A stretch of 64,000 nt of DNA, taken from the NCBI GenBank assembly GCA_963824895.1, contig CAWGQS010000005.1, positions 36,931 to 100,930 of the forward strand. The letters run 5' to 3'. The notes below the pieces were generated by a model. That model worked only from the letters and a program-made list of their open reading frames with translations, did not search any database and was not told the DNA's origin. The translations under genes were made by a program, and so were the position numbers. The stretch's first letter is position 1, and the number at the start of each line of letters is the position of its first letter. Positions 37,103 to 47,883 of the stretch are shown piece after piece. This stretch comes from an uncultured Verrucomicrobiae bacterium (lineage in GTDB: Bacteria > Verrucomicrobiota > Verrucomicrobiia > Chthoniobacterales > Terrimicrobiaceae).

Positions 37103-39913
37103 CTAGCCGGGATGGAACAGCACTGCGAAGGGAAGATCCGAGAGGATCGTTGATAAACTAATGCGATCCCCGATAGTAATAGGCTCCCTCTGTAAGAGCA
37201 CGTCATGCCAACTCTGCGGCTCTTGCTGGTCGAATCCTGTTAGGAAACACTCCTTCCAGGCCTCCCCGGTGGGCCAAGGTCCCAACGAGTAGGTTAGGCG
37301 AGGAACGACCACCAAAAGACGCTGGGACTTGAATCTTCTTTCGAAAGTAATGAGGTGCTGAGAATGTTCTCCCCCTACCGCTACCTCTTGATAGCTTCCC
37401 TTGAGGAATAGTTGGTGGTTCTCGGCACGAAGCGCTAAGAGACGCTGTATAAGAAAGAGCTTAATGCGACCGCTCTGCCAATCCTCGAGCAACTCTCTGG
37501 GATGTGCGTGGCGAAGTGAGGTAAGAAGCCGCCGTCTTGCGGAATAGTCGACCTCCCGACGATTGTCAGGATCGACGAGGCTGAAATCCCAAATTTCGGT
37601 ACCTTGATAGAAGTCTGGCAGACCAGGGGCGGTGCACTTGACAATGATTTGAGCGAGCGAATTGATCGCACCAAGTTGGGCGATTATTTTTGCCATTTCG
37701 GCGAGATCGCGACAGAACTTCCCATTAGCTTTCTCATCCAGAACGTTTTCAACAAAGGAATTTGTCGCGTCTTCCCAAGCTTCGTTCGACTCTATCCAGC
37801 TGCTATTAACCTTCGCCTCCTTAAGCGCCTTGATCGCGTATTGTTGAATTCTCTTCACATACTCAAGACTCTCTTGGTGCTGCAGAGGCTCGAACGGCCA
37901 CGTTCCAAGAAGCGTTTGATAGATAAGGTATTCCTCGTTGGCCGACGGCGCGCGCTGATCATCGACCTCGGCACGATACTTTTTGTTTAACTTACTCCAG
38001 CGTCGGATCGCTTTGTCCCAGAGGTCTGGGACTTCTGAGAGAGCGGCGATGCGCAACCTGACATCCTCGCTTCGTTTGGTATCATGTGTCGACGTGCCTA
38101 GCATCGTATGAGGCCAGCGCTGAGCTCTGTGATCGTTTAGGCGGTGGAACTCGGGAAGATCGATCCCAAACTGCTCCGGCTTGCCCCCCACTTCATTGAG
38201 CGCGACCAGACGAGTATATACATAGAAGGCGGTATCTTCGACACCTTTGGCCATGATGGGGCCGCTGCACTGCTGGAACCTGAGCGCAAAACGGATATGG
38301 GCAGCTCTTTGTTGAGGAGTAAAATGATCCGGCAGGCGGAGCAGCAGAACTCCCCGGAGGAAATCAAGGACCGGTTTTTCGATCGAGGGATTTCGACGTC
38401 TGGCCGCGCCGATCGCGCGCAAAATCACCCGCTCGTCTTCGGTAGATACAACTCCATTTTCAGACGTGTAGGTGCGATACACCGGAAAGCAAGCCATCAC
38501 TTCACGAAGGGCCGAGAGGAGCATGTTCGTCGTGAAATCACGATACATTCGATACATCTCTGAAAGCTCGCCGAGTGCTTTACCAAGCGCAGAGATTTCG
38601 CTGCTCAGCGAAAGCTGCATGGTGAGCAGTTTCTTCTCATAAGCAAGGTCGGGAAAGCTTCCCCGGAATCCGGTAAAGCGCTCGAATGTTTTCGTCATTG
38701 GCCTTTCGGCGCTCGCATTAGTAAAGATCTGCACCATCTGATTGGCGAAATCGTATCCGGTCGTGCCATGCGCCGGCCAGTCTGTCGGCAGTGATTCTTT
38801 CGTTAGGTCCAGAATTTTCTCCACCACCAAGTACAAAGGCTTAGTCCCCCGTCGTAGCGTTTGCAGTTGTGCGTACCGCTCCTGTAAACGCTGCAAGTAG
38901 GCGTGCGGATCCCACAAGCCATCGACATGATCGATGCGCAAGCCGGTCACCTCGCCTTCGGCCAGCAATTTGAAAACAAGTTGGTGAGCCGCCTCGAACA
39001 CTTCGGGAATCTCAACTCGGATCGCCGCTAAATTGTTGATGTCGAAAAAGCGACGGTAGTTGATCTCTTCGGCGGCGGTGCGCCAGTAACTTAGCCGATA
39101 TACCTGCGCATCCAGCAATTCGTGCAAGGCGTCAAAGCTGGCAGAATTTCTTGGCTCACCTTCGAGCGAACGCAGGCCCAGCTCGATGGCGCTGGCGACG
39201 AGATCGCTGCTTTCAGCGAGTTGGCGTAGGTGCGCCTTCGCGGCCACTTTCGCGTTCGGGCGGCCTTGATCCGAGGGAAGCGCTGAAAACTCCTTGGCGC
39301 ATACGCTCAGCGCCTGCCGCGAGGAAGAATCTAGGTGCCGATGGGAACGGTCGAGGATGTCCGCATAAGTTGCGAGACTCATCGGAAGCTGGGTTTCGGA
39401 ATAGCGCAGAAAGAATCCACCGTTTTCAAAAAAGAGTTTGAAACCACCATCCTCGAGCACTTTTCCGTAGCGGTCTCCTAGAATGGGCAGGAGGATCCGA
39501 TCGGAAAGGACCATCTTGACTGGTCGCCAATCGATATCGAAATAGCGCGCGTAAGGAGAAAGTCTGCCATCCTCAAGAACGTCCATCCACCAAGTATTCA
39601 ATGGACCACCGATTCCCATATGATTGGGAACAAAGTCGAGCACTTGTCCCATGTCATGTTCCTTTAGTGCGGAGCAATAGGCGCGGAATGAGGCTTCATC
39701 ACCAATAAGTGGATTCAGCCGATTGTGGTCCGACACATCATAGCCGTGGGTGCTCCCGGGCGCGGATTGAAAATACGGCGAGGCGTAAACATCGCTAATT
39801 CCGAGAGCCCTCAGGTAGTCAACTATTTCCCGAGCGTCCTCAAACGTAAAACCGGCATGAAACTGCAGCCGATAGGTGGACGTCGGGATTCGAGGAGATG
39901 CGCCGTCGCTCAC
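37103..39913 (-). CDS. treY: Maltooligosyl trehalose synthase
   Basis: 936 aa with TYRLQFHAGFTFEDAREIVDYLRALGISDVYASPYFQ and GLRIDHVDGL. It has a 4-nt overlap with the glgX stop. Confidence 0.9.
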   Translation of the reverse strand: MSDGASPRIPTSTYRLQFHAGFTFEDAREIVDYLRALGISDVYASPYFQSAPGSTHGYDVSDHNRLNPLIGDEASFRAYCSALKEHDMGQVLDFVPNHMGIGGPLNTWWMDVLEDGRLSPYARYFDIDWRPVKMVLSDRILLPILGDRYGKVLEDGGFKLFFENGGFFLRYSETQLPMSLATYADILDRSHRHLDSSSRQALSVCAKEFSALPSDQGRPNAKVAAKAHLRQLAESSDLVASAIELGLRSLEGEPRNSASFDALHELLDAQVYRLSYWRTAAEEINYRRFFDINNLAAIRVEIPEVFEAAHQLVFKLLAEGEVTGLRIDHVDGLWDPHAYLQRLQERYAQLQTLRRGTKPLYLVVEKILDLTKESLPTDWPAHGTTGYDFANQMVQIFTNASAERPMTKTFERFTGFRGSFPDLAYEKKLLTMQLSLSSEISALGKALGELSEMYRMYRDFTTNMLLSALREVMACFPVYRTYTSENGVVSTEDERVILRAIGAARRRNPSIEKPVLDFLRGVLLLRLPDHFTPQQRAAHIRFALRFQQCSGPIMAKGVEDTAFYVYTRLVALNEVGGKPEQFGIDLPEFHRLNDHRAQRWPHTMLGTSTHDTKRSEDVRLRIAALSEVPDLWDKAIRRWSKLNKKYRAEVDDQRAPSANEEYLIYQTLLGTWPFEPLQHQESLEYVKRIQQYAIKALKEAKVNSSWIESNEAWEDATNSFVENVLDEKANGKFCRDLAEMAKIIAQLGAINSLAQIIVKCTAPGLPDFYQGTEIWDFSLVDPDNRREVDYSARRRLLTSLRHAHPRELLEDWQSGRIKLFLIQRLLALRAENHQLFLKGSYQEVAVGGEHSQHLITFERRFKSQRLLVVVPRLTYSLGPWPTGEAWKECFLTGFDQQEPQSWHDVLLQREPITIGDRISLSTILSDLPFAVLFHPG

Positions 39914-42108
39914 TGAGTTGCCATATCCTGCGCCGGGAGAAGCTTGGGCCTTTGTCGGGTCAATCCATGCCTGAGAACAACCAAGGATCTGTCAACCAGC
40001 TCGAGAGTTCCGGCGGCGGGATAGTGCACTTTCTCCTCTAGAAAACCGAATTCTCTGGCCGTATCGAGCACGAGTTCCCAGCCCGCTCGACTTGTCCTGA
40101 TTCTTGGCAAGCGTAAGGACAGCTTGTCATGGTGGGCGTTGAAGAAGAGGACGTAGGTGTCATCCGTGATCGGTTCGCCGCGCGAATCCCGGACGTCCAT
40201 CGTTTGGCCGCTAAGGAGCAGCCCAATGGAACGCGCATATCCTGTGCTCCACTCAGCGTCGCTCATCTCTTTGCCGGCTGCATTCAGCCACATGATATCC
40301 TTGATACCTAATCCCCGAATCGGTCTGCCTTGGAAGAACTTTGGCCTGCGGAAAACGGGATGTTCCTTGCGGAAGCGAATGAGCTTGGCAACGAATTCAG
40401 CCTGGGCATTCTGGAACGGAGTCCGCTCCCAGGAAAACCAGCTCAACTCGTTATCCTGACAATAGACGTTGTTATTTCCTTTTTGGGTCCGGGCAAACTC
40501 ATCGCCGCCTGAAAGCATCGGGACGCCTTGAGAAAGGAACAATGTCGCAAGGAAGTTGCGCATCTGGCGTCTGCGCACACTATTAATGGTCTCATCATCT
40601 GTCGGACCTTCCGTCCCGCAGTTCCAGGAATTATTGTGGGTGTCCCCGTCACGGTTGTCCTCGCCGTTGGCTTCGTTGTGTTTCTCGTTGTAGGCGACGA
40701 GATCGTGCAACGTAAATCCGTCGTGTGCCGAGATGAAGTTAATGCTGGCGTAGGGACGTTTCCCATCTTGCTGATAAAGATCCGAGCTGCCTGTCAGCCG
40801 CGAGGCAAATTCCCCGATCGTGCCTTCGTCGCCTTTCCAGTACTTGCGCATACAATCGCGGTACTTGCCATTCCACTCCGCCCAGAGCACGGGAAAATTT
40901 CCCACCTGATATCCCCCCTCACCCACATCCCAAGGTTCAGCAATCAATTTGACGCGTGAGATCACGGGATCCTGGTGGATGATGTCGAAGAAGGCTGAGA
41001 GGCGGTTCACTTCGTGGAGTTCGCGGGCCAGGGTCGAGGCAAGGTCGAAACGAAACCCATCAACGTGCATCTCCAGGATCCAGTAGCGCAGACTGTCCAT
41101 GATCAACTGGAGAACCCTGGGATGCATCATGTTCAATGAGTTTCCGCAACCGGTGTAATCCATGTAATAGCGCCGGTTCTCTGCGACGAGGCGATAATAG
41201 GCGACGTTGTCCGCTCCGCGGAAACAGAGAGTGGGTCCCATCTGATTACCCTCACCCGTGTGGTTGTAAACGACGTCGAGGATCACCTCCAAGCCCGCGG
41301 CGTGCAGTTTTTTGACCATCTGCTTGAACTCGGTTACCTGCTGGCTGAAGGCACCGCTGCTTGAGTAGGTGCAGTGCGGCGCCAAGTACCCGATCGAATT
41401 GTAACCCCAATAGTTCGACAAACCCTTCTTCTCTAGATGTTCGTCGTTTACGAAGTGATGGACAGGCAGCAGTTCGACTCCGGTCACCCCGAGCTTTTTG
41501 AAGTAGTCTATGGCAAAGTCGCTGGCGAGCCCGGCATAGCTGCCCCGAATCTCTTCGGGAATATGAGGGCAGAGTTTAGAAAAGCCTTTGACGTGCACCT
41601 CGTAAATCACGGACTCCGAAAGCGGGACATCGGGACTCTTGTCGCCGGTCCAGTCGAAGTCGTCACTGACAACCACGGATTTTGGAAGTCCCGCCACGCT
41701 GTCTCGAGTGTCCTTTTTCAGATCGACCTCTTTATCGCCAAGCTCATAGGCGAACATCTCGCCGCCCCATTTGATCAAGCCGGCGACCGCGCGGGCATAC
41801 GGGTCGAGCAGAAGCTTGAACTCATTGAAGCGATGACCCTCCGCAGGGGCGTAATTGCCATGCACACGATAAGCGTAAAGTTGACCACTGCTAACGTTCG
41901 GCAGGAAACAATGCCAGACAGCATCGGTAACTTCAGTCAGCCGGACTCTGGCGCTTTCCTGCACGTCTTCGGCTCGAGTGAACAAGCACAACTCGACCCC
42001 GGTGGCGTTCTCGGAAAAAAAGGCGAAATTTGTTCCCTCAGCCGTAACTTTTGCGCCTAAAGGATAGGGCTTCCCGGGCCAGACGGGAGCGGTGGAATCA
42101 GATCCCAT
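39910..42108 (-). CDS. glgX: Glycogen debranching enzyme
   Basis: 732 aa with GH13 motifs DVVYNHT, GFRFDLAS, AEPWD and FISAHDGFTL. Confidence 0.9.
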   Translation of the reverse strand: MGSDSTAPVWPGKPYPLGAKVTAEGTNFAFFSENATGVELCLFTRAEDVQESARVRLTEVTDAVWHCFLPNVSSGQLYAYRVHGNYAPAEGHRFNEFKLLLDPYARAVAGLIKWGGEMFAYELGDKEVDLKKDTRDSVAGLPKSVVVSDDFDWTGDKSPDVPLSESVIYEVHVKGFSKLCPHIPEEIRGSYAGLASDFAIDYFKKLGVTGVELLPVHHFVNDEHLEKKGLSNYWGYNSIGYLAPHCTYSSSGAFSQQVTEFKQMVKKLHAAGLEVILDVVYNHTGEGNQMGPTLCFRGADNVAYYRLVAENRRYYMDYTGCGNSLNMMHPRVLQLIMDSLRYWILEMHVDGFRFDLASTLARELHEVNRLSAFFDIIHQDPVISRVKLIAEPWDVGEGGYQVGNFPVLWAEWNGKYRDCMRKYWKGDEGTIGEFASRLTGSSDLYQQDGKRPYASINFISAHDGFTLHDLVAYNEKHNEANGEDNRDGDTHNNSWNCGTEGPTDDETINSVRRRQMRNFLATLFLSQGVPMLSGGDEFARTQKGNNNVYCQDNELSWFSWERTPFQNAQAEFVAKLIRFRKEHPVFRRPKFFQGRPIRGLGIKDIMWLNAAGKEMSDAEWSTGYARSIGLLLSGQTMDVRDSRGEPITDDTYVLFFNAHHDKLSLRLPRIRTSRAGWELVLDTAREFGFLEEKVHYPAAGTLELVDRSLVVLRHGLTRQRPKLLPAQDMATQ

Positions 42109-42194
42109 ACGTTAAAGGTCGTCCGACCCTAGTATGGTTCACAGTTCGATCGCCCATCGTGTGTTGACACGTGAATTAGTTAGGCAGTTTTCGG

Positions 42195-45100
42195 CTAATG
42201 GTGCACGGCAAGTTCGCCGCCCTCGACCAACCGATTCACTGCTGAGAGGGGAATTTGAAGGAAGTCCGGTCGATAATTGAGCTCATAGCCGATCTCGTAA
42301 ACGGCCTTGTCGAGCACAAAAAGCTTGAGCAAGGCATCGAACTCTTCGGCAGTTGGAGGCAGGAAGGATGCTCCTGCGGCCGTGGTTCGATAACCCTCGA
42401 GAAACTCCGTCGTCACAAGTTCGAGCCATTTCAACGCCCAGGGTTGCAGCCGGTCTTGATCTTTGGCCTTTTGTTGCAGAAGACTGACCTCGACCGCATA
42501 GTCGAAGGATCGCACCATCCCGGCGACATCCACCAGCGGTGATCGCTTGAGTAAGCGCTCACCGAGCGTCTTTCGCGGCTCCCCTTCAAAGTCCAGAATG
42601 ATAAAGTCATTGCCGGTATTGAGGACCTGCCCGAGATGATAGTCGCCGTGGACGCGAATCTTGGTGGCGGTGATTTTTCGCTTCAGGAGGACTGAGTAGG
42701 CGGCGAGAATTCGAGGGGTGCGAGAGAACCAATCGAGAGCCTGCGCGCGTATTTCAGGAGTCAAGTCCGGCAGCTTGTTGGTGACCTCGCGCTCGGTGCG
42801 TTTGAGGAGGCTGCGCATCGTTTGATACAGCGAGCGCTGGTAGAGGAGCGTAAATGCTTCGGGGGCGAAATCGGCGCCTTCGATTGTCTCGAGGCATCGA
42901 TGCATTTCGGCCGTTCGGACGCCGAGTTGGCGCAAGCGTGGCGGAAATACCGCGCCGGCGAGCTCCGTCAGGTTCGGCTCTTCCTCCTCTGGCTGCACGG
43001 TGATGGAGAGGACGCGCTCGAAGAATCGTGCGATTCCATCAAGAGTATAGGTCCAGCATTCGCCCTGATTTTTCACATACGTTGTCAAAAGAGCCAAGAC
43101 CCCCTCCTCCTGATCGACGCGGCAACGAATTTCGCCCGCGTATCTGGGGACGTGTGCAAAATCTTGGCTGCCAAGCGCGCGTATGATGTCCGCGTCCGGA
43201 TGCGGACCGGGTTCGAATTTTCGCAAAAACTTGAGCAGAAAAGCGTCGTCGAACGAGAGCGTCGAATTCGATTGCTCTCCTCCAAGCAGGCGTGTTTTCG
43301 ATGGCCGGAGCTCCGCGGTGAGATTATTTTTGACTCCAAACTGCCGCACGCTGTTTCCATGCCAGGTCTCCCGGCCCACGAGAACTTCCCAGACTCTTTT
43401 GCGACACGCGCCGACATAAAGCGCATCCCACAGGACCATGCCATCGGTGAATCTAGCCACGATCGCTGGCACTCCTTTAGGTTCTCCCTCATCCTCCTTT
43501 CCAATAAAGAGTGGCATCACTTGGGTGACCGGGTCTCCATCAGCAAAGGAGAGCTTCAAGAGCATGACGCGCATGGCGTCGGATTTCTGCTCGGCGCGGG
43601 ATTCGAGGATCTCGATCGACCGTAACGTGCGCTGTTTCTGCCCGAACCACCGGCAGAGCGGAAGATACTCCGGGAGAATAGTTGTCCGCAAAGCCTCGAG
43701 AAGCTCATCTGACCACACCGAGGCCGTCTCGAGAGTTCGGATGAGGCTTTCGGGAGCCGGCGGCGGAAGTGCCACCGCCTTCGTTAGCAGCAGCCAATAG
43801 AAATCATTCGGACCGATGGTAAAGAAAATGGGACTGTCGGTGATCTCCACGAACGGTCCGCCGCCGAAAAGCTCTTCGGCCTGATGTCCCTGAAATCGCG
43901 ACAGATCGATCGTCACCGACTGCGAGAACCGGGAGAGGTTGGCAACAACAAGCACGGTCTCACCCTTGTATTGGCGAAGGAAGGCGAGGACTTTCGCATT
44001 TGTCGGATGCAGGAATTCGATCGTGCCGTGGGAGAGCGCAGGAAGGCGGCGCCGGACTGAAATGATTCGGCGCATCCACCAGAACAGCGACGAAACATTC
44101 TTCAGCTGAACGTCGACATTGATCGCCTCAAAGTGAAACTCCGGATCGACGATGACAGGCAGAAACAAGCGCTGTGGATTGGTTCTCGAAAATCCGGCGT
44201 TCCGATCGGCGCTCCATTGCATCGGGGTGCGGACCCCATTGCGATCGCCAAGATAGATGTTGTCGCCCATCCCGATCTCATCGCCATAGTAAATGATGGG
44301 GGTTCCCGGCATCGATAAAAGGAGAGCGTTAATCAATTCGATGCGGCGACGATTGTTATTGAGCAACGGAGCGAGGCGACGTCGAATCCCGAGATTAAGC
44401 CTCGCACGAGGATCCTCAGCGAACAGACGGTACATGTAATCACGTTCCTCGTCGGTCACCATTTCCAAGGTAAGCTCATCGTGATTTCGCAAGAAAATCG
44501 CCCACTGGCAGTTTGGCGGGATCTCCGGGGTCTGTTCCAGGATGTCAATGATCGGAAATCTGTCTTCCATCTGTAGCGCCATGAACAGGCGTGCCATCAG
44601 CGGAAAATGAAACGCCATATGGCATTCATCGTCGTGACCGAAGTAAGAGGCGGCATCCTCAGGCCACAGGTTGGTCTCAGCCAGGAGGAGTCGTTCAGGA
44701 AACTTCTGGTCCACATGCTCACGCAGTTCGCGCAGGAAGGCATGTGTTTCCGGAAGATTCTCACAAGAGGTTCCATCGCGCTCGAACAAATAGGGAACCG
44801 CATCCAGCTGGACGCCGTCGACACCCAGCCTAAGCCAAAATTCAAGAACGCTGAGAACAGCTTCGCGGACGAGCGGATTGTCGAAATTCATATCCGGCTG
44901 ATGCGAATAAAACCGGTGCCAGTAGTATGCCTGCGCCACTGGGTCCCAGGTCCAATTGGACGTCTCGAAGTCTTTGAAAATGATCCGAGCTTCTTCGAAG
45001 CGCCGCGGAGAATCGCTCCAGACATAAAACTCGCGTTCAGGGCTGCCTTCAGCGGCCTTACGTGCGCGTTGAAACCAACCGTGCTGATCCGAGGTATGAT

Positions 45101-45470
45101 TGATCACGAGTTCCGTGATCACCCGCAGCTTACGCCGGTGCGCCTCGGCGAGAAAATCCTCGAAGTCCTTGAGCGTTCCATACGAGGGGTTGACGGAGAA
45201 GTAGTCGGCGATGTCATAGCCATCGTCACGCATTGGTGACGGATAAAAAGGCATCAGCCACAAGGTCGTGACGCCCAATTCCTCAAAATATCCCAGCTTG
45301 TCGTAGAGGCCGCGAAAGTCGCCGATGCCATCTCCCGTGCTGTCGCGAAACGAGCGCACGTGCAGTTGGTAAATGATGGCGTCCTTGAACCATCGAGTTT
45401 CAGCCGGCGAGGTCGTTGGGAGACTCTTGCTGTTGGGAATCTCCTTCGAGGATTTGTTCGGGCGGGGCAT
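42195..45470 (-). CDS. treS: Fused trehalose synthase / maltokinase (TreS-Mak)
   Basis: The N-terminal GH13 TreS part has WFKDAIIYQLHVRSF, GVDGVQLDAVPYL and FLRNHDELTLE. The C-terminal kinase-like part has VHGDYHLGQVL. I chose the start at ATG 45470 (MPRPNKSS); the track ORF extends to 45689. Confidence 0.9.
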   Translation of the reverse strand: MPRPNKSSKEIPNSKSLPTTSPAETRWFKDAIIYQLHVRSFRDSTGDGIGDFRGLYDKLGYFEELGVTTLWLMPFYPSPMRDDGYDIADYFSVNPSYGTLKDFEDFLAEAHRRKLRVITELVINHTSDQHGWFQRARKAAEGSPEREFYVWSDSPRRFEEARIIFKDFETSNWTWDPVAQAYYWHRFYSHQPDMNFDNPLVREAVLSVLEFWLRLGVDGVQLDAVPYLFERDGTSCENLPETHAFLRELREHVDQKFPERLLLAETNLWPEDAASYFGHDDECHMAFHFPLMARLFMALQMEDRFPIIDILEQTPEIPPNCQWAIFLRNHDELTLEMVTDEERDYMYRLFAEDPRARLNLGIRRRLAPLLNNNRRRIELINALLLSMPGTPIIYYGDEIGMGDNIYLGDRNGVRTPMQWSADRNAGFSRTNPQRLFLPVIVDPEFHFEAINVDVQLKNVSSLFWWMRRIISVRRRLPALSHGTIEFLHPTNAKVLAFLRQYKGETVLVVANLSRFSQSVTIDLSRFQGHQAEELFGGGPFVEITDSPIFFTIGPNDFYWLLLTKAVALPPPAPESLIRTLETASVWSDELLEALRTTILPEYLPLCRWFGQKQRTLRSIEILESRAEQKSDAMRVMLLKLSFADGDPVTQVMPLFIGKEDEGEPKGVPAIVARFTDGMVLWDALYVGACRKRVWEVLVGRETWHGNSVRQFGVKNNLTAELRPSKTRLLGGEQSNSTLSFDDAFLLKFLRKFEPGPHPDADIIRALGSQDFAHVPRYAGEIRCRVDQEEGVLALLTTYVKNQGECWTYTLDGIARFFERVLSITVQPEEEEPNLTELAGAVFPPRLRQLGVRTAEMHRCLETIEGADFAPEAFTLLYQRSLYQTMRSLLKRTEREVTNKLPDLTPEIRAQALDWFSRTPRILAAYSVLLKRKITATKIRVHGDYHLGQVLNTGNDFIILDFEGEPRKTLGERLLKRSPLVDVAGMVRSFDYAVEVSLLQQKAKDQDRLQPWALKWLELVTTEFLEGYRTTAAGASFLPPTAEEFDALLKLFVLDKAVYEIGYELNYRPDFLQIPLSAVNRLVEGGELAVHH

Positions 45471-45571
45471 TTTGCGCGAGCCTAAAGGCCTTCCGAAAGG
45501 AAGGCGAGCGCAATGACTCGCTCCCTGATCTAAAATAAGTGCGGAGGCCCTATTGACGCTGCCGGTACCAT

Positions 45572-47839
45572 ATGAGCGTCTTTCATGACCAGATGAACCG
45601 GAACCCAGCACCGTCCCACCAGGCGATCGACAAGGTTCGCCTCTTTTTCGGATTGATGTCAGCGGTTCTGATTCTCGGCCTCGCGGCAAGTTACTTTGCG
45701 GGCCGAGCGGCTCTGGATGCGACCGCGAAAATCAGGCAATTCGATGCGGCCATCCAGGCGATCCAGGATTTGCGTTCGACTGTGCAGGACGCGGAAATTG
45801 GTCAGCGGGGATACCTCTTGACGCGCGCAGCGAACTACCTGGGTCCGTATGAGGAGGCCATCGCAACCCTTCAGCCCAGGCTCCAAGCCGTGCGTAAACT
45901 CGCCAACGCTGGATGGCTGCCCACGGAGAAAGTGAACGAATTGGAGAGACTGATCGGAACCAAGATTGACGAACTGCGCAAGACAGTGAACCTCGTCAAA
46001 TCCGGACGGGTCCCGGCGGCGATGGAAATCGTGCGTGACAATGAAGGCGAGCGGACGATGGAGTCGATTCGAACAACCATCGGGGAGATCGTTTCGGCTG
46101 AGGAAAATCAGCGCACGGCGGCAAGCGAGAGCGCAGATTCGGCGATTCAACTTCGCGGTTGGGTATTCCTGTCGGCCGTGGTGCTGAATCTGGGTTTTTT
46201 GTTCTGGGCCTATCGCCGGATTCACAAGGAAATGATGCAGCACTTTGTCGCGAATCTTGAAACGCGGCGCCAAAAAGAGATCCTTGCTGTCACGCTGGCG
46301 AGCATCGGAGATGGCGTTATCATTACAGATACTAACGGACGCATTACGTTCCTGAATGAGATCGCCGAGAAGCTCACCGGATGGAGCGCGAAAGAAGCCG
46401 AGGATCGACCCTGTGCCGAGGTGTTTCACATCGTCAATGAGGAGACCCGCCTGCCGGTGCAAAATCCCATCGACAGGGTCCTGGCGACGGGCGCGATTGT
46501 AGGCCTTGCCAATCATACCATTCTCATTAGAAGGGACGGGAGCGAGTTGGCGATCGACGACGGCGGCGCACCGATCCGGGAGGTGGATGGAACGGTGCGC
46601 GGAGTGGTCCTAATTTTTCGCGATTTTACCGCTCACAAGGAATTCGAGCGAGCGTTGGTTCGCGCTAAGGAGGAGATCGAAGCGTCGAGCAAAGCGAAAG
46701 ATAAGTTTCTCGCCGCGCTTTCGCATGAATTGCGGACACCGCTTACTCCTGTTCTAGCGACCCTCTCTTCTTGGGAGGCAACCGATGCGCTGCCGGAGAA
46801 ACTTCGTTCCGATCTTCAGCGCTTACGTCGCAGCGTCGAGCTCGAGGCTCGGCTAATCGACGATCTCCTCGATCTTACCAGAATCGAGAATGGAAAGCTT
46901 TTCCTGGATAAGGAGCCCGTCGACGTTCACGACCTTATTCATGCAGCGGTCGCTCTCTTCCGCGAGGAAGTTGAAGCGAGAGGGCTGCGGCTTTGCTGCC
47001 GGTTGGAAGCAAATCGCTCGTGCCTGGAAGCCGATCCAGCCCGGCTTCAGCAGATACTTCTCAACCTCATTGGCAATGCTGTAAAATTCAGCCAGGAGAG
47101 AGGGAAGATCGAGATTGTTACCGCCAACCCTCAAGGCGAGGAGTTAACGATCGCCATTACTGACGACGGAATCGGAATCTCCGAAGAGGTGATTGCGCGC
47201 TTGTTTCAGCCTTTTGCGCAGGGGGATATTCCAGCGGCAATAAAATTTCGGGGGCTGGGCCTTGGGCTTTCCATTGCCAAGGCTTTAGTCGAAGCACATC
47301 GAGGAGCACTTCTTGCCCAAAGCAAAGGTCCAGGTTGTGGATCGACATTTATCATTAGCTTCCCGAGGTCCCATGCGGGTGTACGAACATCTGGTGCGGC
47401 TGCTGACCGTTCTGTCAGAAAGCTCCAGACTGATGATAAAAACCTCTGCGTCCTTTTGGTCGAGGACCACGAGGATACTGCTCGCGTCTTGGAAAACGTT
47501 TTACGGCAGATGGGGCACAAAGTTGAAACATGCTCGACCGTCGCGGCCGCCTGTCAGAAGCTCAGAGAGCGAGAGTTTAATGTCATTCTTAGTGATCTCG
47601 GTTTGCCGGATGGGACCGGTCTCGACGTCATTAAAGCAGCCAGAGAGATTTGCCAGACTCCAGCTGTAGCTCTCACCGGTTATGGCATGGCCGAAGATAT
47701 CGACAGGTGTCTGCAGGCCGGCTTCGACGAACATTTGACAAAGCCCATCAATATCGATCGCCTTCAGGAGACGCTGGCAAAGATCTCCGCGAAACACCGA
47801 GGCTCAGCGAGTGAAGTCTCGCAACCGGTGGCGGGATAA
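45572..47839 (+). CDS. Hybrid sensor histidine kinase (CHASE3-like sensor, PAS, HisKA, HATPase, receiver)
   Basis: 755 aa with AEIGQRGYLLT (CHASE3-like), a PAS segment (GDGVIITDTNGRITFLN), the H-box LSHELRTPLTPV, G-boxes, and a C-terminal receiver (LLVEDHEDTA...SDLGLPDGTG...KP). Confidence 0.9.
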   Translation: MSVFHDQMNRNPAPSHQAIDKVRLFFGLMSAVLILGLAASYFAGRAALDATAKIRQFDAAIQAIQDLRSTVQDAEIGQRGYLLTRAANYLGPYEEAIATLQPRLQAVRKLANAGWLPTEKVNELERLIGTKIDELRKTVNLVKSGRVPAAMEIVRDNEGERTMESIRTTIGEIVSAEENQRTAASESADSAIQLRGWVFLSAVVLNLGFLFWAYRRIHKEMMQHFVANLETRRQKEILAVTLASIGDGVIITDTNGRITFLNEIAEKLTGWSAKEAEDRPCAEVFHIVNEETRLPVQNPIDRVLATGAIVGLANHTILIRRDGSELAIDDGGAPIREVDGTVRGVVLIFRDFTAHKEFERALVRAKEEIEASSKAKDKFLAALSHELRTPLTPVLATLSSWEATDALPEKLRSDLQRLRRSVELEARLIDDLLDLTRIENGKLFLDKEPVDVHDLIHAAVALFREEVEARGLRLCCRLEANRSCLEADPARLQQILLNLIGNAVKFSQERGKIEIVTANPQGEELTIAITDDGIGISEEVIARLFQPFAQGDIPAAIKFRGLGLGLSIAKALVEAHRGALLAQSKGPGCGSTFIISFPRSHAGVRTSGAAADRSVRKLQTDDKNLCVLLVEDHEDTARVLENVLRQMGHKVETCSTVAAACQKLREREFNVILSDLGLPDGTGLDVIKAAREICQTPAVALTGYGMAEDIDRCLQAGFDEHLTKPINIDRLQETLAKISAKHRGSASEVSQPVAG

Positions 47840-47883
47840 GCGCGTGCTTTCCTCCGAGGGTTGCGAAGTCCCTTGGGTTTGTC

